From Bugula neritina (Eukaryota > Animalia > Bryozoa): DNA of 22,777 nucleotides. The position numbers were made by a program, and so were the translations under genes. The notes beneath the pieces were generated by a model, which worked only from the letters and a program-made list of their open reading frames with translations, searched no databases and was not told the origin of the DNA. Below are positions 1 to 12,751 of the stretch, piece by piece (position 1 is the first letter of the stretch; each line of letters opens with the position of its first letter). Location of the stretch: positions 1 to 22,777 of the forward strand of contig CAXIUT010000047.1 of the NCBI GenBank assembly GCA_964035545.1, in the 5' to 3' direction.

Positions 1-105
1 CCCAACCCCAACCCCAACCCCAACCCCAACCCCAACCCCAACCCCAACCCCAACCCCAACCCCAACCCCAACCCCAACCCCAACCCCAACCCCAACCCCA
101 AACCC
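1..105. repeat. Left telomere (CCCCAA)n
   Basis: Tandem CCCCAA from base 1. The innermost unit is the variant AAACCC. C4A2 is the Tetrahymena/oligohymenophorean-type telomeric repeat. Confidence 0.98.
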
Positions 106-193
106 TATATTTATTTACTATTTAGAAATTATATATTTTTATCCTTAATAATCTCTATAAATGTAAATTATTTTGATTATTGAATGATAAAGA

Positions 194-1322
194 TCAACTA
201 TAGTGCTGAATTGACCTCTTATGGAATTCTTTGAAGAAAATGCCATTATCCCATCGAGATTTAAGATGAGGAATCTTGTATGCCTCTTTCTAAGAAACAT
301 TTGATGGACTTATACCTTCTGGTACCTTCATCACTTCCAAAGGATCTGGCTACATAAACAAAGCAAATGTATTTCGAGCTATATTTTTACCTGCCAACTC
401 ATCGCTTCTGACCACACAATGAGGAGTTGCCTATAATATGCCACCAGTTGATATCTGCATGCATTCTCCCAATTGAAAAGCCAACATATGTTGAGGAATG
501 GCTATCCTTGCAGTATCAGCAAATCTATTTTTAGCGAAAAGACCTCCTGATTTCAAACTGACTGTCGCTTACTATCCACTTTGATTAGTAAAGTAGGCAG
601 ATGTTAGAGCAGTTAGAGATCCGTGGTCGTTATGCCATCCGCACCAGTCATCTTCTGTATCTCCTTTATTTTAAAAAGGAAAATAGTGCAGCATTCTTCC
701 TACATGAGATTTTCCATTTTTGATGATATTATTCAAATACTTCTGAGGATAGCTTTTGACTTTAGAATGTGCGAAATCATCAATTTGTAATGCTAGTAAT
801 GCTCCAACTTCCATCATCATCTTGGATAGTATTTTTACATTGGTTTATCTATGTTAGAAGATAGCTACATTTCAGGAATATCATTTACCCATCTATTGGG
901 GCAATATAACTTCTTTTATTCCTCAGTAAAGTACTTTTCTTCTTCAGGAGCAATAGGATAAGAAGTGTCAGAAGCACAGTTTACATAATAACTTCCTTTA
1001 GCTGTATCATATCGACCTTGAAACTGTTCAACTCCATGTGACCATCCTTGGGAATGGAATATCTATGGTCTTTCGTATTTTTGGAGAATATCCTTAGGTA
1101 AAGTAGCTAATTTATGGAATAAAGGAAGTGTTTTTCTTCTTTGTTCAACATAATTAGGAATACCATTAACAAATAATATTCCAAGACCTTTCTATCAACA
1201 GTCATACCTTGAGGACCGTATGCTTGTTAGATCAGATGTTGTAAATTTTTACCTGCAAGTAGATGTTCGTATTAGATGACGATAGAGGTCGCCAATGTTT
1301 TGCCAACTTGGGTTGTTGTCAT
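194..1322 (-). CDS. 2-oxoglutarate/Fe(II)-dependent oxygenase (clavaminate synthase/IPNS-like fold), about 362 aa
   Basis: ATG at 1322, TGA at 194-196, 20-nt introns at 1188-1207 and 849-868. Motifs: AYGPQGLGILFVNGIP, GWSHGVEQF..D.AKGSYY, GRMLHYFP, WCGWHNDHGSLTAL (HxD iron ligands), ATPHCV (distal His), RNTFALFM. Confidence 0.88.
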
Positions 1323-1459
1323 ATATATCTATTTGTATCAGAAAGTAATTGATTTATACTGAAGTTCTTGTAATAAAATTTAAAGGAGTTTTATTTCAAA
1401 AACTTTCTCTATCTTGTAGTTTTTAAGATTGATAATTATTTTAAATATGAATTGATAAA

Positions 1460-3130
1460 TCACATTACTTCTACTTTATGAAATATTATTCCATTCATTT
1501 AAATTACCTTTGGATATTTCTCACTTTTTTATTTTGTTGGACCCAATCTCTTATTCATATTGTAATCTATTTCTTCCTAATTATCATTATAAACCCCTAT
1601 TTTACTTGTAAACTTTGGTTTTTCGTTTACATACTCACTTTACAATCCAAGTTGTCTATATTTGCTATCTTTGATTTTCTTTTATACTTATTATTTCCCT
1701 CTATACTAATCTACTTGACTTGAAACAAACTTATTTGATTAATTTTTGGGTATTTTTCCAAAAGAAGCCCTTTCTTATTCTTTTTCAACATACTAAATTC
1801 TTTTTTATGATATTCCTTTATAAGGACGAACACCCAAAGTGTCAAACTGATCTTCTCTGTATTCCTGATATTTTGAATCCTAACTGGATTATTAAAATTT
1901 AACTCTACCTTCTTCATACTTCGAATCTAGTTGTTTATTTGAATAAGGTGAATATATTTCGCTATCATTTGATGGAATATTATTATTTTTAGTCTTATAT
2001 GATTATTTCTAATATTGTTTATAGTTATTTTATATATATTTGCTACTCTATGGTTTTTTACTATTTCTACTATCATAATTTTGAGGTTAATATTTTATTC
2101 CAAATTGAGGCTATTCTTTCTAAAAATCATAACCCAAGGCAGATATCGGATCATCGATATATTTTTTACTATCAAATGGTCTATCATTTTTAATACTTTC
2201 TTTTTATAATCCAAAAGCAGAAGTATTATACAGACCCTAACTAATTCTATTTATCTCTTTTTCCACATCATTGTTAGGTTTATAATCATAGTTATTATAT
2301 TTTTGTTAGTATTCACTTCCAAAAGTTAGTCCTCGATTCATATCCAATTTTTTCTATTAGTATTTTGATTAGTATTTTGGTTAATATTTTGATTAATAAT
2401 TTTCATAACTATTTTTTCTCAATTTTTATTTTCTCTCTTCATACTCGTATCCGAATTTCTTTAATGAATTCTTTTCATATGAACTAGTAATAGGCATTTC
2501 TGGTTCTATATTTTTAGTCAATAAACTTTTACGATGAAAAGGATTATTCAAATGTTTATCCCTTGATTTCTACCTTTATCTCTATCTCTCTCGTTCAGTG
2601 ACTCTATCCTCTTAAAGATCATATATCTTATTGATATAGGTCGCAGCAGAATCAGTCGATGACCCACTTAGATAGTTATCATATTTTTTAGCAGGAGTTA
2701 CTAAAGGAGTTGTTAAAGGATCGACTGTAGAAGGTCGATATGAATCAATATTTTGACCTGACGAGTTATAATTTTCATAGTTATATGAATTAGTTGATCT
2801 GCCGATGTTGTTTCTGCCTGGACTTATATCTCTTTATCCTTTATTTTGCATAAAAGACGGTTGATATTCCTTCTGAAAGGGATTGTTTGCTCGAATATTG
2901 TTTATATCGAATGATGGTCTTGGAGATTGGGCTGTTTGAATTCCTTCATAGGTTGGTGAAATGTAGGGTTAACTTACTCTGTATTGAGATGTTGGTGGCT
3001 ACTGATATTTACTTGATGGAGGTGGATAGTTGCTGTAGTTGTTGGTCGAGTTGTATGAAGGCAGATTGTTAAGTGAAGAAGCGAATGGAGATGGTTTTAG
3101 GAATGGATTTTATAGTTTGTTGCTAAACAT
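1460..3130 (-). CDS. Hypothetical low-complexity protein, 556 aa (S/P/N-rich N-terminus, K/E/Y-rich remainder)
   Basis: A TGA-free frame of 557 codons from ATG 3130 (MFSNKLENPFLKPSPF) to TGA 1460-1462 with TAR=Glu. Short internal repeat YESKYEPKYESKYEEK near 2350-2400. No recognisable domain. Confidence 0.75.
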
Positions 3131-3261
3131 ATGATGACTTCGATATTTTATTTAAATAAAGAATAACTTCTGGTCAAACTCCTAAAATTATCATCTACTA
3201 TTCATAGATTTTGTTTAATAAAATATACTTCATCTTATACTTAATCTATTTTGTTTTTATT

Positions 3262-3984
3262 ATGATGAAAAAATAATAAAACCTAGAATCAATAAATCCT
3301 TGGACATTCCGTGAATAAAAATAACCTACAACTGTTCCATAAAATAACTAATCTCCTCAAAATCCTTCTATTCATTTCTATCAAAACCAACTTAATAACA
3401 GAGCTCTTCCTTTAAGTTTTAAAACAATAATAATGCGTAAAGAATCTCTCCCTAAACGTTACAAAACTCTTTCAGTAAAAAATAATAGTAGCATAATATT
3501 AAAAAACTAATAATAAACTGAATTTAAACAATACTATGGTAAATTTTTACCAAACTACAAACAAATTAGAATATCAATTGGTGCTAAAAATAAAAAATCA
3601 AGAAAATCTAATAGCATTCCAATCGAATCATTCAAACAATATACCTAATTTTCATAAATAAATAGATAAAAAGATATAAAACCAATTATCAATATTTCTC
3701 CTTATAAAATAAAACAAAAAACATGTCTAACACAACAATAGATCAAAAAATAAAGTAAAATTCATTCTGTTATCAATCAAAATAAATTATTTTAGATGGA
3801 TTAATATCAAAAAAAGTAAAAATAGGGATCAAATATAAAATTTAATCATCAAAAAACAAAGGTAAAATCTGAAGTGAATTCTTAGAGTTCATCTCCGACA
3901 ATAGTTCCAATAAAATGTTAATTAAATAATAGAAATTTAACTCAAATAAAGCAAATATACAAGACAAAAAAGCAATTTAAATGA
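3262..3984 (+). CDS. Hypothetical K/N-rich protein, 240 aa
   Basis: ATG 3262 to TGA 3982-3984 with no in-frame TGA. A-rich coding strand; fills the gap between neighbouring genes. Confidence 0.6.
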
Positions 3985-4046
3985 TATTTTTGAATTGATA
4001 CTAATAAAAATATAATTCAAATTATAATTAGCTTATAACAACTGAA

Positions 4047-6145
4047 ATGGGTCCAAAAGCATCTTCAGCTAGATAACAAAACTAATATAACTCATTACTA
4101 TAGGATTATGATATTGTCAAACAAGTTGATCATGAAGGATTGTTCTATCTTAAAAATAAACACAAAGATGACAACTATTTGCTGAGATAATTCACATATA
4201 ATGATAAAAAATAATACTAAAGAAATCTAGAATTGTTATAAAGAAAAAAATCACAACTTCTGGGATGTAAGTATGTCGTTCCTTTGGAAAAAATTGTTAC
4301 CAGAAGTGAAGATCAATATTGCTCCACTTTCTATAAAATATATGCGCTTTTCTAATTTACAGAAAGAACGCTTCAAGATTAAATTGAAGAAAGAAATATT
4401 CAAAAAAGAAAATTCCAATAAAAATAACTATGGTCCATTCTAGCCAGTTGCATTGTAGGAATGAGTCATCTTCAAAAATATTCAATCAAACATCAATCTC
4501 TCAGAGCTAATTCCATACTTATCTCCCAAGACGGTATCATAAAAGTCTACGATCCCATCGCACTTGGCTCCCAGACCAACTACGACCTTCTCATTTCCAA
4601 AAGAACCACTCCTCAAATCTACCTCTCTCCTTAACTTTCAGAATCACTTCAGCTATAAACCAGTCAACCCAATGTCAATCACTATAAAAGTGATATCTGG
4701 ACCATGGGAATGATCATCTTAGAAGCAGGACTAACTCAGAGTCAAGATGAGTGCTATCGAGATGACTGTTCACGAGTGCATTGGGAAACAATTCAATATA
4801 ATATCCATCGTTTTAAGCAAAATTATTCAGAATAGTTAGCTGCTTTGGTTGAGTTTATGTTGAGTCGAGAGGAAAAGAATCGACCTGATTGGGTTTAATT
4901 AGAATAAAGAGTTTTGGAGGAATAGTAAGCTAGAAATAGTCAAGTCAGTCAGCACAATATATCGAGAGACAGTCATGCCTATAGACAATCATAACCAGTG
5001 CAATTCAGAAAAAGCAATCTCAATAACTTGAATAAAAAATAACATAATATACTTCTATCATCCAATGCTGTACCTATCTTCCAAGATCAGCAATACCTCA
5101 TGAACAAATAAATAAAAACACAAAATATAATGACTAATAATCTCAATAAAACATAGATACCAGTTTCATTCAAACCTAGCTCAATAGAAGTATCAAGACC
5201 TTTGCGTAACATTTTCCCTTCTAGCAACTACACCACAAACACGAAAACAGACTAAAATTTGATAGTTGTCAATTAGGATGATCGATTTTCATAAAATAGC
5301 AACTACTATGACTCCAGACCACAATAGTCTATCACACCCATGTATCAAACCTACAATCATACACAACAATTCCAACAAGATCATAAAATGCCCTCACATG
5401 TCAATACCTATGGATCCTCAGGGTTTGATCCTCATAGACAAACTCTGTTCAGCAACACTATCCCTAGAATCAGTCAAACAGTCATTCCTCAAACCAACAA
5501 CAATCAACCGTACATGCCTTTGCCTATTTCAACATCAGGACATCATAATGTCCCAGTTCAAGCTGTCTCTCCAGGACCATCAACTCCACTGCAATCAGTT
5601 CCCAGACAAGTGAGTGGGCCTTCGACTGGTGTAGCTGAAGGAGGGTAGTACGTGGTGGAAAGATACAAGCAGGGAAGTTAGTATAAAGGATATAAGTGGG
5701 AAGATATGCGTCATGGTTTTGGAGTATTTTACTATCAAGATGGAGGGATGTACTAAGGCGAGTGGAAATTCAATAAGATGCAAGGAAAGGGAAAACTCTA
5801 TTATCAATCTGGTAAGTTGGCCTATGATGGAGATTGGCTGAATGACCAATTTTAAGGATATGGAAAGTTATTTAATGAATATCCTTAGGTAACAAATGAC
5901 TTCATTAATTATAAAAATCTATATGATGTTGAATAGATGTGGACGAAATATGAGGGTATTACTGCTGATATATAGGTTAATTTGTGGAGGATTTGAAGTG
6001 TGGACATGGAGTTTTGTTTATGAGCAATGGTTAATATTATGAAGGGTAGTTTAGGTAGGATTGGGCTTAAGGAAGTGGAACTTACTATCGATTGAATGGG
6101 TAAAAAGTAAAAGGAAAATGGAGTAAAAACATCTATATCCAATGA
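4047..6145 (+). CDS. Protein kinase-like (probable pseudokinase) domain with C-terminal MORN repeats, 692 aa
   Basis: Starts MGPKASS (possible myristoylation). Kinase-fold motifs FEFTERTLQDEI, FQEKELW, HQSLRANSIL, KVYDP, YLSPEL, KSDIWTMGMIILE, RPDW. MORN repeats YKG..RHGFG, YEGEWKFNKMQGKG, YDGDW..DQFEGYG, YEGEF. 20-nt intron 5956-5975; TGA 6143-6145. Confidence 0.9.
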
Positions 6146-6292
6146 TTTTGACATTCTGTATTTAAATAAACATTTAAACTGAATAAAATAAATAAAAAAA
6201 GAATGAATAAGCAATTATTTATCTAAATTTATATATATTCTGATAGATTTGTTCATATATTTCCCACCATCAAACGTTAAATTATTTAATTA

Positions 6293-6832
6293 ATGAGCTA
6301 AACAGATCCTCTCAGCAAACGAGAACAGAGGAAGATCCAAATGGCTGTATAGCTAATGGAAAAAGATAATAAATAATAACAATACTAAAAAAAGCCTAGA
6401 AAAAAAAGAAAAATAAATAATTCATCAGCAATAAATGTCCAAAAAGATTAATAAATAGTACCATAAACAAAATCATCAAGCAACTGCACTCCCATACATT
6501 AAAAAATCAATAATAGTAAAGAATCAATACTCAAATAAAACAAAAATCATTTGAATTAGAAATATTAACTTAACGGACTATCATTGGCATAATTTTTTGT
6601 TTGTTATCAGTTCAATCAGTAGTCTTTAGTACAATAAAAAGAATATAAAAATGTATAGACTTACAATACTCTTTAAGGATAGAAGATCGATTTGCTTTAA
6701 AATAAAAAATCAAGCTAAATATACAAAAAAATGAACAAACTCCTCTAAAAATCTAAAAATGTAATCAACAACTCAGTTTTTTCTAGAGAGCATCGCATTT
6801 TGACTTAAACTATCAAAAATAATCAATATTGA
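6293..6832 (+). CDS. Hypothetical K/E-rich protein, 179 aa
   Basis: ATG 6293 (MSETDPLSKREQRKIQMAVELMEK) to TGA 6830-6832 with no in-frame TGA. Confidence 0.6.
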
Positions 6833-6906
6833 ATTGATCTGAATAAATTCTTTAATATATATAAGTTGGTTAATATATTTTTTAAATAATTTTAATTTGA
6901 ATAAAC

Positions 6907-7178
6907 ATGTGCAAGCACATCCTGAACGTCCAAGCAGCCATTCGAGCCCCTTGCTGCAAAAAGTGGTACGACTGTTCTGAATGTCATAATGAAGTGAATG
7001 ATCATGAGCTGAAAAAGAGTTCAGAAATGGTTTTTGCTTGTAAAGTATGTAAGAAAGTATTCAGGAAGGAAATGATCAAATTTGAAGGTATTATCTTATC
7101 TATTAAGAATCTGATTAGTATTGTCCTCATTGTGACAATCACTACGTCATCGATGCTGTTACCAAATAAGACAGATGA
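6907..7178 (+). CDS. Small CHY-type zinc-finger protein, 83 aa
   Basis: MCKHILNVQAAIRAPCCKKWYDCSECHNE..DH..FACKVCKKVFRK. Removing the 20-nt intron 7088-7107 restores FEESDEYCPHCDNHYVIDA, then TGA 7176-7178. Confidence 0.92.
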
Positions 7179-7311
7179 AGTTATCAGTGATCGTTGCATT
7201 TTAAAACAAATACTTATTTATATCAAGTTTATTTATAGCTAGTTAAATCTAATTGACTTTGATGGGTTGTTGTTATCTATTATGATATATTCTTTATATT
7301 TAACAAAGAAT

Positions 7312-9448
7312 ATGTATCAATCAACTTCATAAAAGGGGTTGGGGTTGGGGTTGGGGTTGGGGTTGGGGTTGGGGTTGGGGTTGGGGTTGGGGTTGGGGTT
7401 GGGGTTGGGTTGGGTACCCACTTATCAACCCATTATTCCCAATAATAATGATAGAATATCAAGCAAAATACTTAGATATTCTTATTTACCATAATCCAAC
7501 AAAAGATAGCTTGTTATCTATCTTACTCCTTTTAGTAATGCAGTTGATTCTTTACTAAATGTTTAAAAATTGTGTAATTGTAGTAGTTGTGGGAGCTATA
7601 TCAATCAAAATAATAAAATATTGGATAGAAATGTGATGGAATGTTGTTTTTGTGGAAATGTTGATAAGTTTTAGTCGTTAGAATAGTATTAGAACAAATA
7701 TCATGGATATAAGATAGTCGATTCGACCAATAATATCTATAATAACTTGTCTAGACCGAAAAGAATATGTTTTGTGGTATAGGCTAATGAAAATTTGTAT
7801 GATATTAGCCTCAATAAAAGCATTTTTAACTGTTTGAATGCTCTATAAAATTAAAAAATGCAAGTAGCTTTTGTTTTATTTGACAACTAATACATAATCT
7901 TTATCAATGTTCATAATCTAGAAGTAACAAAAATAAAACTTATCCAAAATAAACAAACACAATGGGATCAATTGCCGATAAATATAGAATAGCTGTTTAT
8001 CAATATTGCTTAAATAGATCAAATTTAATAAATCATACATGATTTGATGTACTAAGCATTTATAAAAAAAGATTCATTGATAGCAAAGGTATCTATGTAT
8101 TTAAGTCGTATTTTTCCATTTGATGTGTAGCTTAAATATTTTATTACTACCGTTACTTCTTCTTTCAAAAATATATAATAAGTTCATTAAGATCCCATTA
8201 AGTAAACTAACTTTTTAACTAAATCTGTGAAGACTTTAATAAATAAATATAAAAAGAAATAAACTATAATATCATATTAGTGTATCAATTCTGGTTATAA
8301 TAGTTAATTTTTTATTTTTTCATATAAAAATTAATACTCATAATATATAAATTTGTTAAACTATTCAATAGTAAAAATATATAACATAAAATAGAAATAA
8401 CAGCTATAGAATATAGTATACTATGATCTTTATCAAAATATGACTCAATAAAAACATGATAATGTTCAGATAAATATAACAACAAGTTTAAGTAATTAAT
8501 TTACTTACGATTAAGAGTAAATTAGCAGTTTATACTACAATCTTTATCAAGAATAATATTATTAAAATCAAAATATGCATACTCTCATCATGAACATCCA
8601 AAAAGCTTATGATTCTTTTACTCTTCCTCTGCATTTTACTATTAATAATAATAATTTACCTATTCAAATAGTATATTCAACAGGATGTAATCAATCTTAG
8701 TTGGTTGTTCTTAACTTTGTACCTAAAATACCGATGAATCCAGAACACTATGATGATTAAATCGTTTTTAATGTATTATTTTTTATTATTTTAGGAACAT
8801 TTTAGATTGGCTGTTACTCAATCACATTATTCAAATCTAAAAGATATTTGTTGTATACTAGATATTTATTATCACAAGGTAGTTAGTTTTTTGAAAAGTT
8901 TTTAATAAGGAAAAACAGTAACATTCCCCAAAAATTGGAAACATTATCTACTCTACTCATTCACCATTCAAAACCAAATAAAACAAGGTCACCTTAATAT
9001 CTATCACATCTACAAATATATCAAAATGCACCCAGAACAACTCTCAAAACAACTGTACTATCGATCATATCGAGTATAAAACGGACATATCATTAATATC
9101 AAAATGTCACCTAAAATATTCGAAAGATATCAAATTATTCTGATAGATAATGGATAAACTCTTTATATTGTATTTAATGACCCATCAGTCGAACAAATAA
9201 AGAGAATATTTGGAATATATGATTCTGTATCAACTTTGGCCTCTCAACACTTAGAGTTGCCTGATATTCCTAGCAACAAATAATATAGAAAAGCTATTCA
9301 AATCATCAGAGAGAATCATTAGCACAACTTTCTACCCTTAAAAATGATTGATTATTAATCTTATCTTTTTCCTAGATAGATATAGCCATATCTATATGAC
9401 AAAGATAGTCACTATAGATATCTAAAGAAAACTTGGAGAGAATCTTGA
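7312..9448 (+). CDS. Divergent Sec24-like (Sec23/Sec24 family) COPII coat protein; start uncertain
   Basis: Zinc finger LTPF..CSSCGSYINQ..MECCFCG, trunk-like VAFVLFD, helical-domain-like FPKNWKHYLLY, gelsolin-like ILIDNGETLYI..IKRIFG. 22-nt intron 8773-8794; TGA 9446-9448. ATG 7312 is in frame across the telomeric tract, but the true start is not certain. Confidence 0.75.
7335..7415 (+). repeat. Internal telomeric tract (GGGGTT)12 + GGGTT GGGT
   Basis: Read directly from the sequence. G-strand on +, the same polarity as the right chromosome end. No matching C4A2 tract follows it. Confidence 0.97.
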
Positions 9449-9488
9449 TATTTAATATACTTACTGTGTTCATTAAATAAATATAAAA

Positions 9489-10475
9489 ATGATTGTGAGA
9501 TTATCAAATATTATAACAAAGATGACTACCGCCGTAAAAAAAGGATAAACTCGAGCAAAACCGGTGCTATCTCTTAAAGGAGCATCATCTCTAAGAAAGA
9601 AGAGAAATATAAGTCAGCATACAATCGATACCAATCCTACATCGCTTGAAGATAACAATCTAAGACAAAATAAAATAAATTAATAAGATCTTATGAGATA
9701 AATATAGATAGTTCATCAAATATCTGAAAACTATCTCAAAGAATTGGTCAATAAGTATCGAAGTCCAGATAGACAGTCGATTTCATAGTTATAGGCTAAT
9801 ATAGTAAAATTGAATAGATAAATAGAGTAGACGGAAAGTGAAATAGTAAATTTGAAACAAATTTATAAAAGAAATAAGAGATGTGTGGTCAATTATAGTA
9901 GAATGCATTTATAGAGATTTGTTCTTGCTTAGGAAATCAGTCAGCAAAGACAATAAATGGAAAGGTAAATATAAAAACATGGAATACTCAAAAATAAAGC
10001 TAGAGAGTTGTATAGGAGTATTAAAGAGATATTGCCTCGATATGCGGAAATATAACAGAAAAAAGGATTGAAGCCTATTGGTTATGGAGAGTTTAAAAAA
10101 AGAAAATTTATAAATAATAATATTGAATAACCAAAATAAAGAAAGAGATCAGTATCGTCGAGATTATCATTGAGAAGTAGATCTTCTTCTGTTAAAAGTA
10201 TTATTGCTGGCAAAAACGAATAAATTCCAGAATAGAAAAAGAATATGTGTTACATGCAGAGAAGAAAAAGTGTAGCTTATAAAGCAAAAATAGTTAAAAA
10301 GAGAAAATATTAACATGAAATTGGATAGCTATAATAACAGAGAAGATTTCTTATTTAAGAAGATAACCATTTGAATATAAAAATATAGTAGCTAAGCAGA
10401 TAGATAATAGCGATTGAGAGTATGTCGATGCTAAGTTCAAAAAAGAGTAGAATACAGTCATCAGCTAACTTGTGA
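9489..10475 (+). CDS. Hypothetical coiled-coil protein, about 328 aa (alternative start 9522)
   Basis: TGA-free frame to TGA 10473-10475. Heptad-like segments (ISELEANIVKLNREIEETESEIVNLK; IGELEEQRRFL..IEELSREI). Confidence 0.7.
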
Positions 10476-10513
10476 TTTATTATTTATTTATAGATAATAT
10501 AATTGAATAGAAA

Positions 10514-12592
10514 TCATAGTTTAGTGCAGAGTATGAGTTCTTGCTATTTTTATGAAAATTTGAAAAATCCTATCCTCTAAAATTGAATATATTATGGTTT
10601 ATTATTTATCATTTCTTTAGGGATTAAAGAATTTAAGTATATCTTTTTAGAATTAGGATTTGGTTGGTTATTTTAGTTAAGTAATCTATCGAAAAGTACT
10701 ATTTTATAGTTCATACTATTTGTTTTACTGATCCAGTGAAGAATTTTTGTTTTCGGGTAGTTCTTTTTCAAAATAGTTGCATTTTCTTATTTCAAGATTT
10801 ATAATCTTATTTATGTATTATTTATGTTAGTTACTTGAAATGCTCCTGCATTTTTTAATATTATTTTCTAACCTATTGATAATTATTGAGATTATTTACT
10901 TTATACGAATACTATTCTCTCTAACTAACATCCATAATCACCTCTAACTTTCATTTATCCTTTCCATTCATCAATATTGTCAATAGTAATTGTAAAAGGT
11001 TCCAAAACAGCCATGGCTTTAGGAGCAGTAGCCATAAGTTATTTTTTCATTTATTGTTCAAGTAGAGAATGCTGAACATAATTTTAATTACCAGATCTAG
11101 AACAATTAACTTTATCTATAAAATTTTTAAGCATTAAAGGAGAATATCCTCGATTTCTTAATCCACGTATAGTCAACAACCTGGCATCATCCCATCCATC
11201 AACCACTCCAGCTTAAATATAATCTTTTATTTTTCTTTTAGAAAGCACGTTACCTTCAATATTCAACCTAGAATACTCCCAAACAGTTGGTTTCCATAAA
11301 CCTAGCAAATCAAGAAATATATAGTACAATTCCCTTCTGATTTAGAACTAAAGAGAACAAAGAGAATAGTCAATATGCTGCAAACTATCGCATATTCCAT
11401 GAGTGTAATCATAAGTAGGATAAATATTGAATTTGCTACCTGTTCTCGGATGAGGTTTAGATTTTCTACGATAAATGACTGGATCTCTTAGAGTTGGGTT
11501 GACTGCATCTGGCGTACCTTTGAATCTCAATGTTTGACCTTATGATAAATTTGGAAATATTTTTAAAGATTCTTAAATTGGTCGATTTCTGTACTTGTTA
11601 ACTCTCTTTTATTTTCTTTACAACTATATTTAATCCTGACTGCTCTAGCACACATAAGCATGTCCCTGCTTGACTAGCTAATTAGCATAATACTGTAGCT
11701 CTTAGAAATAGTCACTGGCAAATGAAACTTTATCTGGTTGGTAGCCGAACCATTTGATATTTTCTTATATTTCTTCGATAAACTAATGAGTTTCTTTATC
11801 AGGATTGGTATCGTCATATCTCAGATAGCATGATCCTTCTGTCCGAAGTGCTGATTAGAAATTAATTCTGATTGATTTGAGATGGCCGATATGTAGATAT
11901 CCGTTTGGTTATGGTGGAAATCTAAATCTGGGTTTATTATTTGTTATTTATATATGTTTTTGATGAATCTATTTAGAATTACATTACAGTTTCAAAGGTC
12001 TTGCTTTGATTTCCAGCATTTTATCCCAAAACTTATTCTCCTTTTTGATAGGATTCTTTGATTTTATCAGCCGACTAACACACCCAAAGATAACTTTGCT
12101 ATCTATTGTACTATATTTGGTTCTAAACCATTTGCAAAGACTATTGACATTTCCTTCTTCAACATTTATCCTTTATAATTCTGATTAAAATTGCTATAAT
12201 TCTTAATTTCTATTTAAAAGTTTATTTTTGATTTATTAATGAGTAATTTAGCTATTTATTTTAACCTACCTCTGCAGCCATTTTACCAATTGATCCAACT
12301 ACGACTGAGAGCGGATATCTTATTGATATATCAACTCATTTAAACTGGATCTCAAGTGAAGTAGACTATCATTGACAGAATTGGCGTTGAAAAGGAGATT
12401 GCATTTTGATTTTATATTTTTTTTTTCATTTTATTGACAAATTTTTAACATATACTATCGGCATTGATTATATTTAGGATTCGATTGTTCTTGGTCTGTT
12501 TGCAAGATGTTGATGATGTGAGGAGAAAGGATTTTAGTTAGAGGAGTCAAGTTGTGCAAATATGATTTAATTGAGGTTGATAGATGATTCAT
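10514..12592 (-). CDS. QARS: Glutaminyl-tRNA synthetase (class Ic), divergent, 692 aa
   Basis: [91 protein letters not shown]. No intron needed; ATG 12592, TGA 10514-10516. Confidence 0.92.
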
Positions 12593-12751
12593 ATATTATT
12601 ATATCTAATTGATCATCAGATGGTCGACATTTTTAGAAGGTCATTGATTTTCAGTATTTTTCGTTATTATTTTATTATTTACCTGATAAACTTATATTAT
12701 ATGGAATAACGCAACGAACTTCGATTTCCATTATAATTTATCATTAGAACA

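Noticed and set aside
330-450. TAG as Gln (split code), suggested by FALFM-TAG-P and GIL-TAG-ATPH in the oxygenase
   Set aside because: Those positions are variable in the family, whereas TAG occupies strongly conserved Glu sites in GlnRS (LEF, QFER) and the CHY protein.
1478-2209. Hydrophobic F/I/L-rich plus-strand ORFs in the supplied track (also 17377-17664, 19284-19703, 20001-20261)
   Set aside because: They are antisense shadows of K/E-rich minus-strand genes read with the wrong genetic code.
3137-12725. Shared ACTTCGAT in two divergent promoter regions (3137-3144 and 12718-12725)
   Set aside because: Only two occurrences, and it is absent from the third divergent spacer (21389-21513), so chance cannot be excluded.
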